Part shown: piece by piece, positions 9,765-21,387 of the stretch
How positions within the stretch are numbered: the first letter of the stretch is position 1
How the letters are laid out: each line of letters begins with the position of its first letter
Origin: a virus
Lineage: Duplodnaviria; Caudoviricetes
Length of the DNA stretch: 64,000 nt
Direction: 5' to 3' (one strand)
IMG/VR virus record: IMGVR_UViG_3300020576_006124
Span: 1-64,000 of that record
Made by a program: the position numbers and the translations under genes
The notes under the pieces: model-generated
Told to the model about the DNA's origin: nothing
Database searches by the model: none
The model's input: the letters and a program-made list of their open reading frames with translations, nothing else

Positions 9765-12700
9765 ATGATCAAAGTAGTTATTGTTGAGAGCACAGAAGAT
9801 TACGATCTGGTAAAGATACCCCCAGGGTATCTGAAGATAACTGATTTAGATGTCTTCCAGATTCCTTATGATAAAAGGAAATTCCAGCTTAAATCTTGGA
9901 TTAAGCAGTCTGAAACTTGCCCCCTTATTATAATTGCAACAACATACTGTCTATTTTCTGCTATTGAAAATATTGCAAGGTCTGAAGAAAAGTCTGTGTC
10001 TTTTGAATTGTTTAAAACAAAAGAACAAAAAGAATCTTATAAATATTTTTCTCCTTGTGTCTTTCCCCTTGAAGAATATATAGCAAATCTTTCCTTTGTG
10101 GTAGCTATAGGCAAACCACCAAAACAAACATTTTTTTCAAAGTTAAGCAAGGAAGAGTTTTTCATTCAAGCAAAACATTGGCGATGGTTTCCAGTTGAGT
10201 CTAATCAAGACTTTGTTTTTAAAAAATACCCCCATCAACAGAGCTCTAATTTTGAAAAGTATTTAAAACTCTCCCCAAAAGGAGAGCTTTACTTCTCTTA
10301 TTTGAATTCAAAAGAAGATATCTTTTTAGCTTCATACTCTTCTTTTGAAAATGTCCACAAAGCAACTTGTAATTTAGATGCTGATTATAATCAACTTTTT
10401 AGGGGTAGCCGCTCTAGATAGAAAGGCCAGAAATAGGAGACTTGACGGGAAATAGTATATAGAGAGATTGCCTGATCCGTAATGACTAAACAAGAGGTAC
10501 TGTTAGTACGCCTAGATAAATATTCTGGTTCTGAAGAAGAATCCTTGAAAAGATATGAAATATTAAATAAAGAAACAGTGTCTGGGATACTATCAGGAGA
10601 CTAAATGAATAAAAAAGAAAAGAAGGTTATTCTAATTGGGCACTCTTTATCCATAACATCCTCAAAACCTAATTGCTTTACTAAAAATAAGGCCTTCTCT
10701 AAACTACTTGAAATATTAGAAAGGAATCCTTATATATTTCAAGAGTGGGATACTCTACCTGGATACTTCCATCCTAATCAGAATTGGGTAGAAGTATTTA
10801 TTCCAAAAGGACTTATTTACCCAACTTTCGGATTTAACTTTCTAGAGCCCTACAATAAAAAGGATGCTGACTTACTTTTACCTGAAGAACTAAGGAAATT
10901 TCTATTCCACTCATTTAGGAGGGGAGACCTAGTATGTATGATAAAAAACTTTCTTATCAGAACTAGACAGGTCTATTCTAAAGAAGACATTGACAAAATC
11001 TTCAGTAAAGCCGTTATTAGTCAAAGCCATATACTAAATCCAGAGTTTTCCTATGAACAAAGAAAAAGAGTGCATTATAAGGGAAAGACATCAGAGCTCT
11101 TTTTCGAAGAGTACTAAATACATGAAACCAGAAATAATTCAAAAAATAGAAAATCTTAAATCCCTTTTAGAAGAAGCTGAAGGAGAGATTAAAGAAAGCG
11201 TTTATGTATATTTTGAATACTTAAAAGAGTTGAGTAATCTTCCTAATGAAAATTGGGTAATAACTTCACTAGATTATGTAGAAAATAGAATAAGAGTAAA
11301 TATGCATTGGGAAGCATTTTGGTCTTATGGGGGACATGACTCAGGAGATTATCAATTCTCGATCCCTTATAATCTACTAGATCAAAAAGAGCTGGATACT
11401 TTTTTAGTAACTAAAAGAAAAGAGTTAGAAGAAGAAAAAAGAGAGGCTCAAGCTAAAATTAGGTATCAGAAAGAACAAAGAGAACTAAACTTATATAAGG
11501 AGCTTAAGAATAAGTTTGGGGAAATTTAAACTCATGAAGAACAAGACTGAAGATTTCTGGCTTAACTTGGGGGTAGGGATTATTACCATAATTAAGTCCG
11601 GAGGATTTATTTGGGCCCTATATACCCTCTTTACTTCCTATGTATACTTTAACTCATTAAAAGGAAGTCAGCCGATTGATACTACTAACCTAAAACATTT
11701 AGCTAATTTAACTCTTAGTTTAGGTATTTTGGTACTTCTATCTATTGAGAGTCAAACTGAACAGATTATAAAGAATATAAGAATAGAATCTCTTATTTCT
11801 AGGAGATAGACAGTGAAGTTTCACTAACTAAAAGCGAAGAGGAATCCGAAGAATGGGAAATTCTGCTCCTTCCGTCCAAGAACTAAAGAAAGATACGTAT
11901 ATTTTAGAATATAAGGGGGTTACATTAGAATATAGCATACTTAATCCCCAAGTACTTCTTATTTTTAATACTAAAGAAGATCTGGATAATCGCTTAACTC
12001 TAGACAGTATTTATCGTACTGTCTTAAGATTCTACTCTGAGAAAGATGATTTGGCTTATTCTCTTAGCCTAGACTTACCAATAATGTCTCAATCCCTCTT
12101 TGATAGAATGGTAGATGATCTAAAAGACTATAGTCTAACTTCATTACTAGACAAATTCACTTATCCTAAAGGTACTTTGTTTTTTGATGTTACTACCTTA
12201 AAAAGAGTTTACCCTGCGACTTAAAGAGAGAAGATGAAACTAATACTTGTTTTATTTAGAGATATAGTTTGGGAGTGTGGAGATGGTTGTTGCTCATCGA
12301 GGGAAACAGAATATTACGTCTTTGGCAAAGATTCATTTCTTTCTGATTGGGTTCTTTTAAGAGAAAGAGATTCTGATATACGATTAGATTCAGAGTTCAT
12401 ATTAGATAAAGTAAAAAGCTTTACCCATCAAATTAATCCAAATTCTATTATGAAGATTAAGGAGTTGGATACACTTTACCCTAATCAAGAAAGAATAATA
12501 CCAGATCCCAATAAACACGACTCGGAATTCATTGAAGATTTCAGAGAGGCTTTGTCCGATATTTTACTGCAATACAACGTACATCCTTCGGATGAGTATG
12601 GAACAGACTTAGAATTTTGTTTAGTTCCTACAGAGTTAATTAAAAAGATTTCTACCTTTATCTAAATTAGGAGAACGAGAATGAAAAACAAAGACCATGT

Positions 12701-13688
12701 ACTTAGAAATCTAAAAGAGAAGGAAAAAGAATCATGCAGAAAACTTAATGAATTAATGGATAATGCAGGAAAGCCGCAGAATCCTACCCCCCTGGAATTT
12801 CTTATTTGGGCTTTAAGTAATACTACAGAGCAGGAACAGCTTTTGATTTGTAAAAAGGTTGATGAAGTTATATCTCAAGGGAATACTGACCAGTCTAGTA
12901 GCTACAAATTTGCAGTACCCTTTAACTCTGATATTCATATTGAAAGGTAACCGAACTCTTAGTATTCCGACGAACAGAACCTGAATCCTGACATTTATTT
13001 TTCATGCCGACCACACAACCCCAAAAAGTACTTGTTTTATCTGAGTCAGATTTCTCTAAGATAGGGGAATTAATACATGATTTTCTTTATTCCCCGGAGG
13101 AGTGTCCTAGAAAAGATGGGGCAAGGAAAAAATCTATGCAGATTTTCAATAGTGTAAACTCAGCAGAAGATATTCATAACCTTTTCGTTGTTTACGAAGA
13201 TCGAAAGTTTGTTTTAAAGAATCTCAAAAACCATGATGACAGCACTTCTAGTTATTAATACCACCACTTGGGTATTTCTTACTGTATACTTGACTCTAGC
13301 ATTTAAATCTAAAAATAGAGAGAATGATTATAAAGATAGATTAAATAAAGTCGAGAAAGAATACACTGAACTTTATAAAAAATACTTTGATCTAGTAGAT
13401 TCTTCATTTAAAAAAGATTCTACTAGTAAATTACATGTACCTATTTCTGCTTTAGCTAAATTGGGGTCTTTAATTGTTCATACTGATGAGCTACTATTTG
13501 GGGTTAGATCTGAACCAGAAGATAGAGAAGCAATTAAAACTCTACTTAAAGACCGAGAACTTCTTAAAACATTAGCTGATTTGGAGTCTTTATGTCTTTT
13601 ACCAGTAAGAAGGGATAGAGCTAAATACTCCGATGGAAAAATCTTTAGGGTGGATTTAGGTCCTACAATATACAAAAACAGATCATGA
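9765..13688 (+). other. run of hypothetical genes (9765, 10605, 11053, 11516, 11853, 12234, 12681, 13004, 13233)
   Basis: Co-directional, tightly packed ORFs with no family recognised. Confidence 0.6.
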
Positions 13689-14188
13689 ATAACTTAAACA
13701 TCAAAGAAATTAATTCCTTTATCCCATACTTATATAAAATGAGTCGGGTCTTTCATTATGAGACATCTAAGATTGAAAGGATGGATGGATCATTACCAGA
13801 GGACTGGGAGGATATTTCACAAGAGGCCCAAGAGGCATCAGTAATAGTTTTAGGATCTTTATTTCTATTTTTTAAAACCTATGGATCCTTTAAAGCCATT
13901 TCCCCTGAGGTACTCCATGGAGTATGGATGCATCAAAAAGAGACCTTAGGTTGGTCTTATGGAGAATCTTATGATTTACAAACTAAAACTCATCCTTCTA
14001 TGGTAAGTTTTGACAGGCTCTCTTATAAAGATCAACATAAAGATATTATCTGGTCTGGGTTATTCTTTATGATATATTCTGACATGTTAAAATTATACTT
14101 AAACTGTTCGAGTTCCTTTAGAACAGAGTTTGAAGAAATAATAATCCAAAAGAGAAGTATTTATAATTATCTTTTAAAATTAGTGTGA
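13685..14188 (+). CDS. RyR-domain protein
   Basis: EVLHGVWMHQKETLGWSYGESYDLQTKTHPSMVSFDRLSYKDQHKD fits the RyR repeat pattern (H..W...K...GW.YG...D...K.HP..V.F..L...K.D). Confidence 0.85.
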   Translation: MNNLNIKEINSFIPYLYKMSRVFHYETSKIERMDGSLPEDWEDISQEAQEASVIVLGSLFLFFKTYGSFKAISPEVLHGVWMHQKETLGWSYGESYDLQTKTHPSMVSFDRLSYKDQHKDIIWSGLFFMIYSDMLKLYLNCSSSFRTEFEEIIIQKRSIYNYLLKLV

Positions 14189-14200
14189 AGGAGTTTTCTT

Positions 14201-15709
14201 ATGAAACAAACAGGATCAAGTAAGTATTCAACCCCCTTTCAGTTCGCAGATGGCTATAAATTTAGCCATCCAGACCAATACCCAAAAGATATTTGTAATA
14301 TCTCTTCAGGGTGGACCCCTAGAAAATCCAGGCTACCTGGGGTAAATTTCTGTATCTTTTTTGGGCTTCAGTATACTTTATCCTACCTTAATAGCCTATT
14401 TGAGAGGGATTTCTTCTCTCTTTCAAAAGAAGAGGCGGTTGAGGACTTCGTACTTTATCATTGTACCTATATGGGTTATTCTCCCTCAGCCTACTTAATA
14501 GGTAGAATTGAATCTTTACATGGCTTGGGATCCTTGCCTTTATCAGTCCAATCTCTACCCGAAGGCACTAAAGTTCCTATCGGGGTTCCAATGTTTACGA
14601 TTAGATCATCCAGTGAAAATCATCACTGGCTAGTTGGATGGGCCGAGACTTTTATCTCAAACCACATTTGGCAGCCTTGTACAGTAGCTACTATTTCTTA
14701 CCTTTACAAACAAAACTTCGTTAAGTATTGTAAGGAAACCTCAGACTTAGACTTTCTTCCAGACTTCCAGGGACATGACTTTTCTCTAAGAGGATTGAAT
14801 GGAATGCTTGACGCGGGAGATGCAATCGGCGCGGCCCATCTTCTATCCTCTTTTGGTACTGACAACTGCCCCTCTTTAAACTTCGTTCATAAGTACTACA
14901 ATCCAAAAGGGAATGAGCTTCCTGAGAAATACCTTATTGGCTGCAGTGTCCCCGCAACAGAACATTCAGTTGCTCAGGCCGGAGGAGAGATCAATGAAGA
15001 CGAATACATTCAAAGAATGCTAGATCTTTATCCTAAGGGGATTGTAAGTGTAGTAGCAGATACTTGGGATTTCTGGGGTTTTATTACTAATCTTCTACCG
15101 AGGTTCAAGGATCAAATTATGGCTAGGGAAGGAAAGTTTGTCGTAAGACCCGATTCAAGCCCTAAGACTCCCGTCGAGATTATTATCGGAGACCCAGAAG
15201 CACCTACAGGCTCTCCTGAATACAAAGGTGCCATAGAGTGCCTTTATGAAATCTTTGGAGGAACTAAGAATTCTAAGGGATTTATTGAGCTTGATAGCCA
15301 TATCGGATTAATCTATGGGGATAGTATCACCCTAGGGCATCAAGAGAAGATCCTAGAGGGGCTAAAGAATAAAGGGTTTTCTTCAACTTCTGTTGTACTA
15401 GGAATTGGATCCTACACCTATCAGTATATTACCAGGGATACGTTTGGTATGGCCTTTAAGGAAACTGCTGTCAAAGATATTCAAGGTAACTGGATCCCCA
15501 CCTGGAAAGACCCCAAGACAGATACTTCAGGTAAGAAATCAGCTAGAGGGCTCCTTCAAGTTAGGAAACAAGAAGGAGAACTTACCCTTGTACAGGAAGT
15601 ACCTGAGAAAGAAAGTGGGACTGGAGAACTTACCCTCTCATATTTCCAGGGGGAGTTTGTTAATCCAGTAAACTTTCAACAGATTAGAGAAAAAGTAAAA
15701 GGGAATTAA
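14201..15709 (+). CDS. nadV: nicotinamide phosphoribosyltransferase-family enzyme (NadV/Nampt; likely Namat of NARP1)
   Basis: DGYKFSHPDQYP, FFGLQY, HDFSLRG, SVPATEHSV, SVVADTWD, VVRPDS, LIYGDSI, RDTFGMAFK, KDPKTD..KKSARG. Confidence 0.93.
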   Translation: MKQTGSSKYSTPFQFADGYKFSHPDQYPKDICNISSGWTPRKSRLPGVNFCIFFGLQYTLSYLNSLFERDFFSLSKEEAVEDFVLYHCTYMGYSPSAYLIGRIESLHGLGSLPLSVQSLPEGTKVPIGVPMFTIRSSSENHHWLVGWAETFISNHIWQPCTVATISYLYKQNFVKYCKETSDLDFLPDFQGHDFSLRGLNGMLDAGDAIGAAHLLSSFGTDNCPSLNFVHKYYNPKGNELPEKYLIGCSVPATEHSVAQAGGEINEDEYIQRMLDLYPKGIVSVVADTWDFWGFITNLLPRFKDQIMAREGKFVVRPDSSPKTPVEIIIGDPEAPTGSPEYKGAIECLYEIFGGTKNSKGFIELDSHIGLIYGDSITLGHQEKILEGLKNKGFSSTSVVLGIGSYTYQYITRDTFGMAFKETAVKDIQGNWIPTWKDPKTDTSGKKSARGLLQVRKQEGELTLVQEVPEKESGTGELTLSYFQGEFVNPVNFQQIREKVKGN

Positions 15710-15710
15710 C

Positions 15711-16607
15711 ATGTATCTGAACTACAAAATGGACAACCTAAAACTATACTCTAAAAAAACGGGCCAAGACTGTTGGGACCGGATAGGTGTAAACAAGTTT
15801 CCAGATGGTCAGATTCAACTTTACAATAAAGGTATTGACTTCAAGGATACCGTTTGTATTGCTAATCTTACTACCCCTGAAGATGTTCACCTATTACAGC
15901 AATTAACTTATTTGGGGCTACAGGACCTAAAAGTGTATTACTCTTATGGTTCCAGATGCGATAAGGACCATTATGGGGAATACCCCTGTGTTAACTTGAA
16001 TAGTTTCATGGTAGATATTTATTCTCAGATTCCAGGGGAATGCGAAATACTAATGCCTCATGGATCAGAGCTTAGCTTACTCCTTTCCCAAGGAGTCTAT
16101 AATTGGAGATTAGCAAGATCTCCAATAAGGCATCTAATAGCTGAAGTAGCAATAGTCGCTAACGTAAACATGTATGAGCCTTGGAGGGGAAAAACAGCAT
16201 TTGTTTTTCCAGATGAATCCGCAGCGGAAAGATGGGAAGGATATCATGAAAATGTAACTGATAATCCTGATAGGATTGATTTCAAGAAAGAAAGAGATCA
16301 ACTAACAGGAGAAATTAAATCTCTAGTACCTAACTCAATTAATAAAGATTACGAGCACCTTGTAGTTTTTGATGACATTATTGATGGTGGTAGAACCTTC
16401 ATTGAAACTTCTAATATCCTAAAAGAAAAGTTCCCTAATGCAAAGTTGTATTTAATTACTACTCATTCTCTTTTTTCAGCTGGTTATGAAGGTATTTCTG
16501 CAGCCTATGATCATACCTTTAGCTTTTTCTGGAAACCAGAATCTACTTATGATATTCCGAATAATATTCATCTATTAGATGCTTCGGAGTTAAAGTACTG
16601 GATTTAA
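15711..16607 (+). CDS. ribose-phosphate pyrophosphokinase-like enzyme (likely Adps of NARP1)
   Basis: KFPDGQ, R.DK, VFPDESA..R, KKERD..TG, VVFDDIIDGGRTF, THSLFS; 1 nt after the NAMPT-like gene. Confidence 0.88.
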   Translation: MYLNYKMDNLKLYSKKTGQDCWDRIGVNKFPDGQIQLYNKGIDFKDTVCIANLTTPEDVHLLQQLTYLGLQDLKVYYSYGSRCDKDHYGEYPCVNLNSFMVDIYSQIPGECEILMPHGSELSLLLSQGVYNWRLARSPIRHLIAEVAIVANVNMYEPWRGKTAFVFPDESAAERWEGYHENVTDNPDRIDFKKERDQLTGEIKSLVPNSINKDYEHLVVFDDIIDGGRTFIETSNILKEKFPNAKLYLITTHSLFSAGYEGISAAYDHTFSFFWKPESTYDIPNNIHLLDASELKYWI

Positions 16608-16608
16608 A

Positions 16609-16938
16609 ATGTACAAACTTGAGGAAACTAGTCTATCCAAGTATGTCCCTATTCCCTTTAAACTTTCAGACGAATACTCCTCAACAGAACCTAAGAGTCT
16701 CCTAGCTATACTTAGTTATAATGATCGTAATTTTACAATCTATCAAAACATAAAACTATTTCAAGGTGGCTGGCGCTACTTTTCAGGATTGGAAGGAGGG
16801 TGGGTTTTAATACCCAAAGCATCCGTAATATTTGATCTTCCTTCTGGTTACAGTAAGAGTATTTTAGCAGAGAATATAAAAGAAAGTAATAGGATCTCTA
16901 CCTCATTGAAAAACACAAGAATTCTTCTTCTAAGATGA
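16609..16938 (+). CDS. hypothetical protein with MYKL N-terminus and ILLLR C-terminus
   Basis: Termini resemble those of the 24-26 kb paralogue family. Confidence 0.5.
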   Translation: MYKLEETSLSKYVPIPFKLSDEYSSTEPKSLLAILSYNDRNFTIYQNIKLFQGGWRYFSGLEGGWVLIPKASVIFDLPSGYSKSILAENIKESNRISTSLKNTRILLLR

Positions 16939-17441
16939 AGCCACACCCTACTCTTCCCCAGCACCTCTTCGAAAAACTAACAAGTCAAGAATTAAGTTCA
17001 ATTAAAGTAGATCTTTCTAAACTAGATCAGCCAGACTGGTATTCAGGAATATCTATAGAATCTTGTCCACCAGCTAATGCTAAACAGATTGAAGTAGCGA
17101 GGTTTTATCTTCATGAAATTAATAAAAGCCAGAAATCTAGATTCTTATTTATCTCCACACTTCAAAAATATCCTCAAGCAAAAATAACATGTTTGAATAC
17201 AAGTATCCCTCTTTTAATCCTAAAAATACCTATTAGTAAAAAAGATTTAGATTCAATTAGGGAAAAATGGCAAGAAGAGAATAATACCTACAAAGAGGTA
17301 TTAGCATTAGCTCGGCTGGCTAAGAAGCTAGATAGTATCAATCTTAAGGAGAAAGAGTTAATGAAGCAAAGAAAACTAGCAGAAGAGAAGCTATCTAAAT
17401 TAAGATTGATGAAGAGGAAACTGGGTGATGATGGGAGATAA
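16935..17441 (+). CDS. hypothetical protein
   Basis: 168-aa ORF with coiled-coil C-terminus. Confidence 0.55.
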   Translation: MKPHPTLPQHLFEKLTSQELSSIKVDLSKLDQPDWYSGISIESCPPANAKQIEVARFYLHEINKSQKSRFLFISTLQKYPQAKITCLNTSIPLLILKIPISKKDLDSIREKWQEENNTYKEVLALARLAKKLDSINLKEKELMKQRKLAEEKLSKLRLMKRKLGDDGR

Positions 17442-18093
17442 TCTAATAACGCACTTATGTTTCAGTTCTGAGGCTTTCTACAAAGTAAATCAAATAGCAT
17501 ATAATAGATACCAAGAGCCTTATAGAAATTACCATAATAACTCTCACCTAGAGGATATGATTAAAGGACTTTATCAATACTTCCCAACCTGCTGTGAAGA
17601 TGATCAAAGTTTATTCGAGATATATCTTGATATCATTTTCCATGATTTCTACTATGTTCCTGGAAGTTCTTTCTCTAATGAGTACAGATCCTTTCAGAGT
17701 GCTGTAGACTACAACAATATTCTTAATAAGGATCAGTATTTAAAGTCTTTAAGATTAACCTACAATCCCTTCTTAAGTGGAATTAAATTAACGAGGAATC
17801 ACTCAGGGGCAATTACCAAAAGGCAACAAATTCTATTAGACCTAGACCTTTTAATTTTAGCTGCGCCAAAACATGAGTATCTTGCCTATCTTCTAAATAT
17901 CAGGGATGAGTATTTTACGTACTCACAAGAAGAGTTTGACAATGGAAGAATAAAATTTTTGAAAAAATATTTATCTAAAAGGAAAATCTTCGTTACTAAA
18001 GAAATGGAACATCTTAATCCTATAGCCCGAGAAAATATGAAAAAGGAGCTAGAAACTCTGAGAGTTGTTTATGATAAAGACATTAACATTTGA
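17425..18093 (+). CDS. HD-superfamily metal-dependent phosphohydrolase
   Basis: R.YHN..H, IIFHDFYY, NE..S, DLDL.ILA, Y...IR.EY, GR..FL. Confidence 0.85.
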   Translation: MMMGDNLITHLCFSSEAFYKVNQIAYNRYQEPYRNYHNNSHLEDMIKGLYQYFPTCCEDDQSLFEIYLDIIFHDFYYVPGSSFSNEYRSFQSAVDYNNILNKDQYLKSLRLTYNPFLSGIKLTRNHSGAITKRQQILLDLDLLILAAPKHEYLAYLLNIRDEYFTYSQEEFDNGRIKFLKKYLSKRKIFVTKEMEHLNPIARENMKKELETLRVVYDKDINI

Positions 18094-18643
18094 GGAGTTC
18101 TTTACTAAGAATAAAGAACTAGCTGACAAAATTGCTAGTCACTTTTATTACACTTCCTGTAGAAAAGAAGAATTTGAAAGAGGGGATATAATCAGTTTTG
18201 CTTACTCTGGTTTAAATAGGGCATACAAAAAGTTTTTACAGGGGACTCACTTCGAAACTAATGTTTCCTATTACGTAAAGAAGGAAATATTGGAGGGATG
18301 TAGAAAAGAATCCATATCAAGAAAAATGGGTTTTGTTTATTCCTTAGATTATATCTCAACCAAAGATGACTATGAAACCCATTTTGAAGATGAAGAATTA
18401 ACTTTAGAAGATAAAACTGCTGTTAACCTTTTAGAAAATGTTCTTCTTGACTATGATCTAAAAACATTACTAACTCAGGAGGAATCTTTTCTTATTGAGA
18501 AAATTTGTATGGAAGAGGAAACAATGAGAGAAGTAACTAGAAAATACGACTTACCTTCTTACAATTATACAAATAGAAGATACAACTCAGCATTAAAAAC
18601 TATCAAAGATTCTTTTTATGACTTGGAACATTTCAAGAATTAA
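18065..18643 (+). CDS. sigma-70-family RNA polymerase sigma factor
   Basis: Region 2 (IA..F....E..DIISFAYSGL.RA.KKF..G..F) and region 4 HTH (LT.EE......TMREV). Confidence 0.7.
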   Translation: MFMIKTLTFEEFFTKNKELADKIASHFYYTSCRKEEFERGDIISFAYSGLNRAYKKFLQGTHFETNVSYYVKKEILEGCRKESISRKMGFVYSLDYISTKDDYETHFEDEELTLEDKTAVNLLENVLLDYDLKTLLTQEESFLIEKICMEEETMREVTRKYDLPSYNYTNRRYNSALKTIKDSFYDLEHFKN

Positions 18644-19010
18644 AGGCACTCCCCTAGAAAAAAACATGTACAACCTCAAAGGAGACATAAGTTTAAGCAC
18701 TAAGTTTTTTGTCCCCGTAGTCAAAATCTTAAAGACTGGGGAGAATCTTCCAGAAGAAGATATACCTAGATTGGTAGGATTTACTCCAGGACCAAACCCT
18801 TCTTCCACCCCCATTTTCTACCCGTATATAGTTTTTTGTCCTGGTTGCAAAAGATACGAGGCAAAGAGAATAGTTGAAAAATCCTTTGTTACACAGGGAG
18901 AACAAGTGCCTAAGATGGTCGGTCTATTGGGCCCCACAACAGATAAAGAATCATTAATAAAAAAATTACAGAAGAGCCCTAATCTTATTATTTTTGGGAG
19001 GGGTGGCTGA
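18618..19010 (+). CDS. hypothetical protein
   Basis: 130-aa ORF whose stop lies within the 5' end of tRNA-Ser. Confidence 0.5.
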   Translation: MTWNISRIKGTPLEKNMYNLKGDISLSTKFFVPVVKILKTGENLPEEDIPRLVGFTPGPNPSSTPIFYPYIVFCPGCKRYEAKRIVEKSFVTQGEQVPKMVGLLGPTTDKESLIKKLQKSPNLIIFGRGG

Positions 19011-19084
19011 GTGGCTTAAGGCGACCGCCTTGAAAGCGGTTGATGTGAAAGCATCCGGGAGTTCGAATCTCCCTCCCTCCTCCA
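18997..19084 (+). tRNA. tRNA-Ser (TGA)
   Basis: GGAGGGG/TCCCTCC acceptor, ACCGC-CTTGAAA-GCGGT anticodon arm, long variable arm, GGGAG-TTCGAAT-CTCCC, encoded CCA. Confidence 0.95.
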
Positions 19085-19094
19085 GAAAAAGCTT

Positions 19095-20744
19095 ATGAAC
19101 TTTATCCATCAGCCTATTAAAACATGCAGCATAGATTGTCCCCTTAAATTTCACGAACTTGAGGTACATCCGGATGAAATCCAAATTAGAGTCGCTGCTG
19201 AAGATTATCTAGAATTAGAAGAGGGTGATTACCTTTATGGTGTCCTTCCCCTTACTTCTAGTAATTTAGATATTTTAATTGATAGCCTTCTTAAAATCAG
19301 AAATAAAAGAATAATCAAAAGAGAATACCCATAAAAATGAGTTTCACTCTTCTTCACTCTTTAAAAGAAAATTCTCTAAACCCTGACGAACGGTACGTAT
19401 TCTATGCTAATTCCGAAAATAAAGCCTTTTATGTAGACTATATGGACGAAACTTTAGGAAAGAAAGCTCTTATGATTATTGGTCTACCTGTCAATTCAAA
19501 TATTTCCAAAGTTATAGATTCACTTAGTCCTATTGAAGAGTGCTATGTCCAGCAACCAAAAAACTTTAATGAACTACTGCAAATAGCAGAAACCTCTGTA
19601 CTTGATGGATTAATTCTAATAAAGAATTTCTGTAAAGATGGAAGTCTTTCAGCCAAACAAGCCTTAACCTATATTTTTTAGGGAGTTTTCCTATGACTGA
19701 ACTACTAGAAAAACCTGACTTAGAAACCATGCCTCTTCTTAGTTTAGGAGACTCATTTCCAGAGAATCTTATTGTGCTAAAGGTAAATGACTCTGAGAAA
19801 TTTATTAGTGTTAATGCTACAGAGAGAGATAGAGGCCCTTGCAACTTTTTAGCTGTTTTTGATTCAGAGCAAGAGGCAAATAATTTTAAGACACTAATAA
19901 GTTACCCTAATTGCAATCCTGTTCCTAAATCTTTGGACGAGGCTTTAGACTTAGCTAAAATGAAGAAGTTATCGGGATTAGCACTTCAAGTTTCGGGAAA
20001 CACCAAATCTATCATGTGGGTTACCTAAAAGAATGAACCCATTACTTACTAAAACAATTAAATTCCTAAAACCTATCTTTACTTCATTGATAATGCAGAA
20101 TGTACCAATCTTAATATTCTCTATAAGGGCTAAGCAAGCCCAAATTAACCTAGAGATAAAAGTCCAGGGAAAAATCAATGAAATTAAAGAACCATTAATT
20201 TCATTAGATGAAACAGAAAACCCTTTTAAATAAAAAAAGATACGTAAGAAAAAAAGAACTTTACAAAGGATCTCTTTTTTTCCCTTTGAATATAGGAGAT
20301 ACAGTCTGGGTCAGGGATTTAAATTTACCTGCTACAGTTTATACAAAGATTGATAGAGTTAATTTTTCCCTGCTTTTAGATAATGGTATGTATCTTAATA
20401 GGTCGATAAACAGCCTAAACAAGCTCTATTAAAGTATGGATCAGGAAACCTTTTCTCATATTTCGAACGCTTTCTCCATTTATGATCAGGATCATTCTGA
20501 TACTTTAAGTTTACTAGAAAGTCTTAATTTACCTGTTGAAATTAAGAGACCTGCATGGTTAAGAATGTGTGGATTTCATTCTTATGCAGCCTATCTTTTT
20601 TCTTTAGACTACTCTTCTATTAAAGATTTTGATCTTGCAATAGAAGATTTTGGGATTAAGTTTAATGAGCTGCGAGGGGAAATACTAATGCTAGGGGAAC
20701 TTCCACCCCCTCCTCCTTTCCAAGCACCAGAGTTTAGCAGCTAA
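19095..20744 (+). other. run of short hypothetical genes (19095, 19337, 19693, 20033, 20208, 20436)
   Basis: ORF track. Confidence 0.55.
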
Positions 20745-20760
20745 TAAAAAAAAATACAGA

Positions 20761-20803
20761 AATAGAGGAAGGGTTCTTATGTTCCCTTCCTCTATTTTAT
20801 TTC
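20761..20803 (+). terminator. intrinsic terminator (possibly bidirectional)
   Basis: AATAGAGGAAGGG/CCCTTCCTCTATT inverted repeat followed by a T-rich tract. Confidence 0.75.
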
Positions 20804-20820
20804 TTCAGGAGAAAACTTGA

Positions 20821-21267
20821 ATGAAAGCAATAACCAGATTTGAAGGGTTCTACTCTTTTCTAAACAACGACAACCCTTATAGAATTAAGCTAGGAGACTT
20901 AGAGTACCCTAACATTACTAGCGCATATTATGCCTCTCTTACTACAGACTATGATCAAATGTTAGAGTTAACAACTTTAACTCCCAAAGAGGCAAGAGAG
21001 TTTTCCTTAAGAATTTCTTATAAGGAAAACTGGAATCTTCTTAAAGTTTCTATCATGGAGGAACTTCTAAGAATTAAATTCAATCCCGACTCAGCCCTAT
21101 TTAGGCTTCTTCTGGATACCCAAGATTCACAACTAAAATTCTATAATGACCATGGGGATATTTTTTGGGGGATCAACTCTTTCTCTCCCGACGAGGGTAA
21201 GAATGTTTTAGGTGGCCTACTTATGAATATAAGAGACGAACATCTAACAAAGAAAAAATGTTCTTAA
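20821..21267 (+). CDS. NADAR/YbiA-family protein
   Basis: F.G.YSFL.N, W......M..LLR.KF, LL.T, D.FWG, GKNVLG.LLM.IR. Confidence 0.88.
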   Translation: MKAITRFEGFYSFLNNDNPYRIKLGDLEYPNITSAYYASLTTDYDQMLELTTLTPKEAREFSLRISYKENWNLLKVSIMEELLRIKFNPDSALFRLLLDTQDSQLKFYNDHGDIFWGINSFSPDEGKNVLGGLLMNIRDEHLTKKKCS

Positions 21268-21387
21268 CAGCTCTTATTCTTATTATTATAGTCATCCTTA
21301 CTTTTTTTAGTATAGCTTTGTTTTCAATATTAGGAATGTTCTTATCTATACCAGCACATTTTATTCTTAAGAAAGAAAAAGAAGAGA

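Noticed and set aside
10442-10470. Sigma-70 promoter (TTGACG...TATAT)
   Set aside because: Spacing is too short, and such hexamers are frequent in AT-rich DNA.
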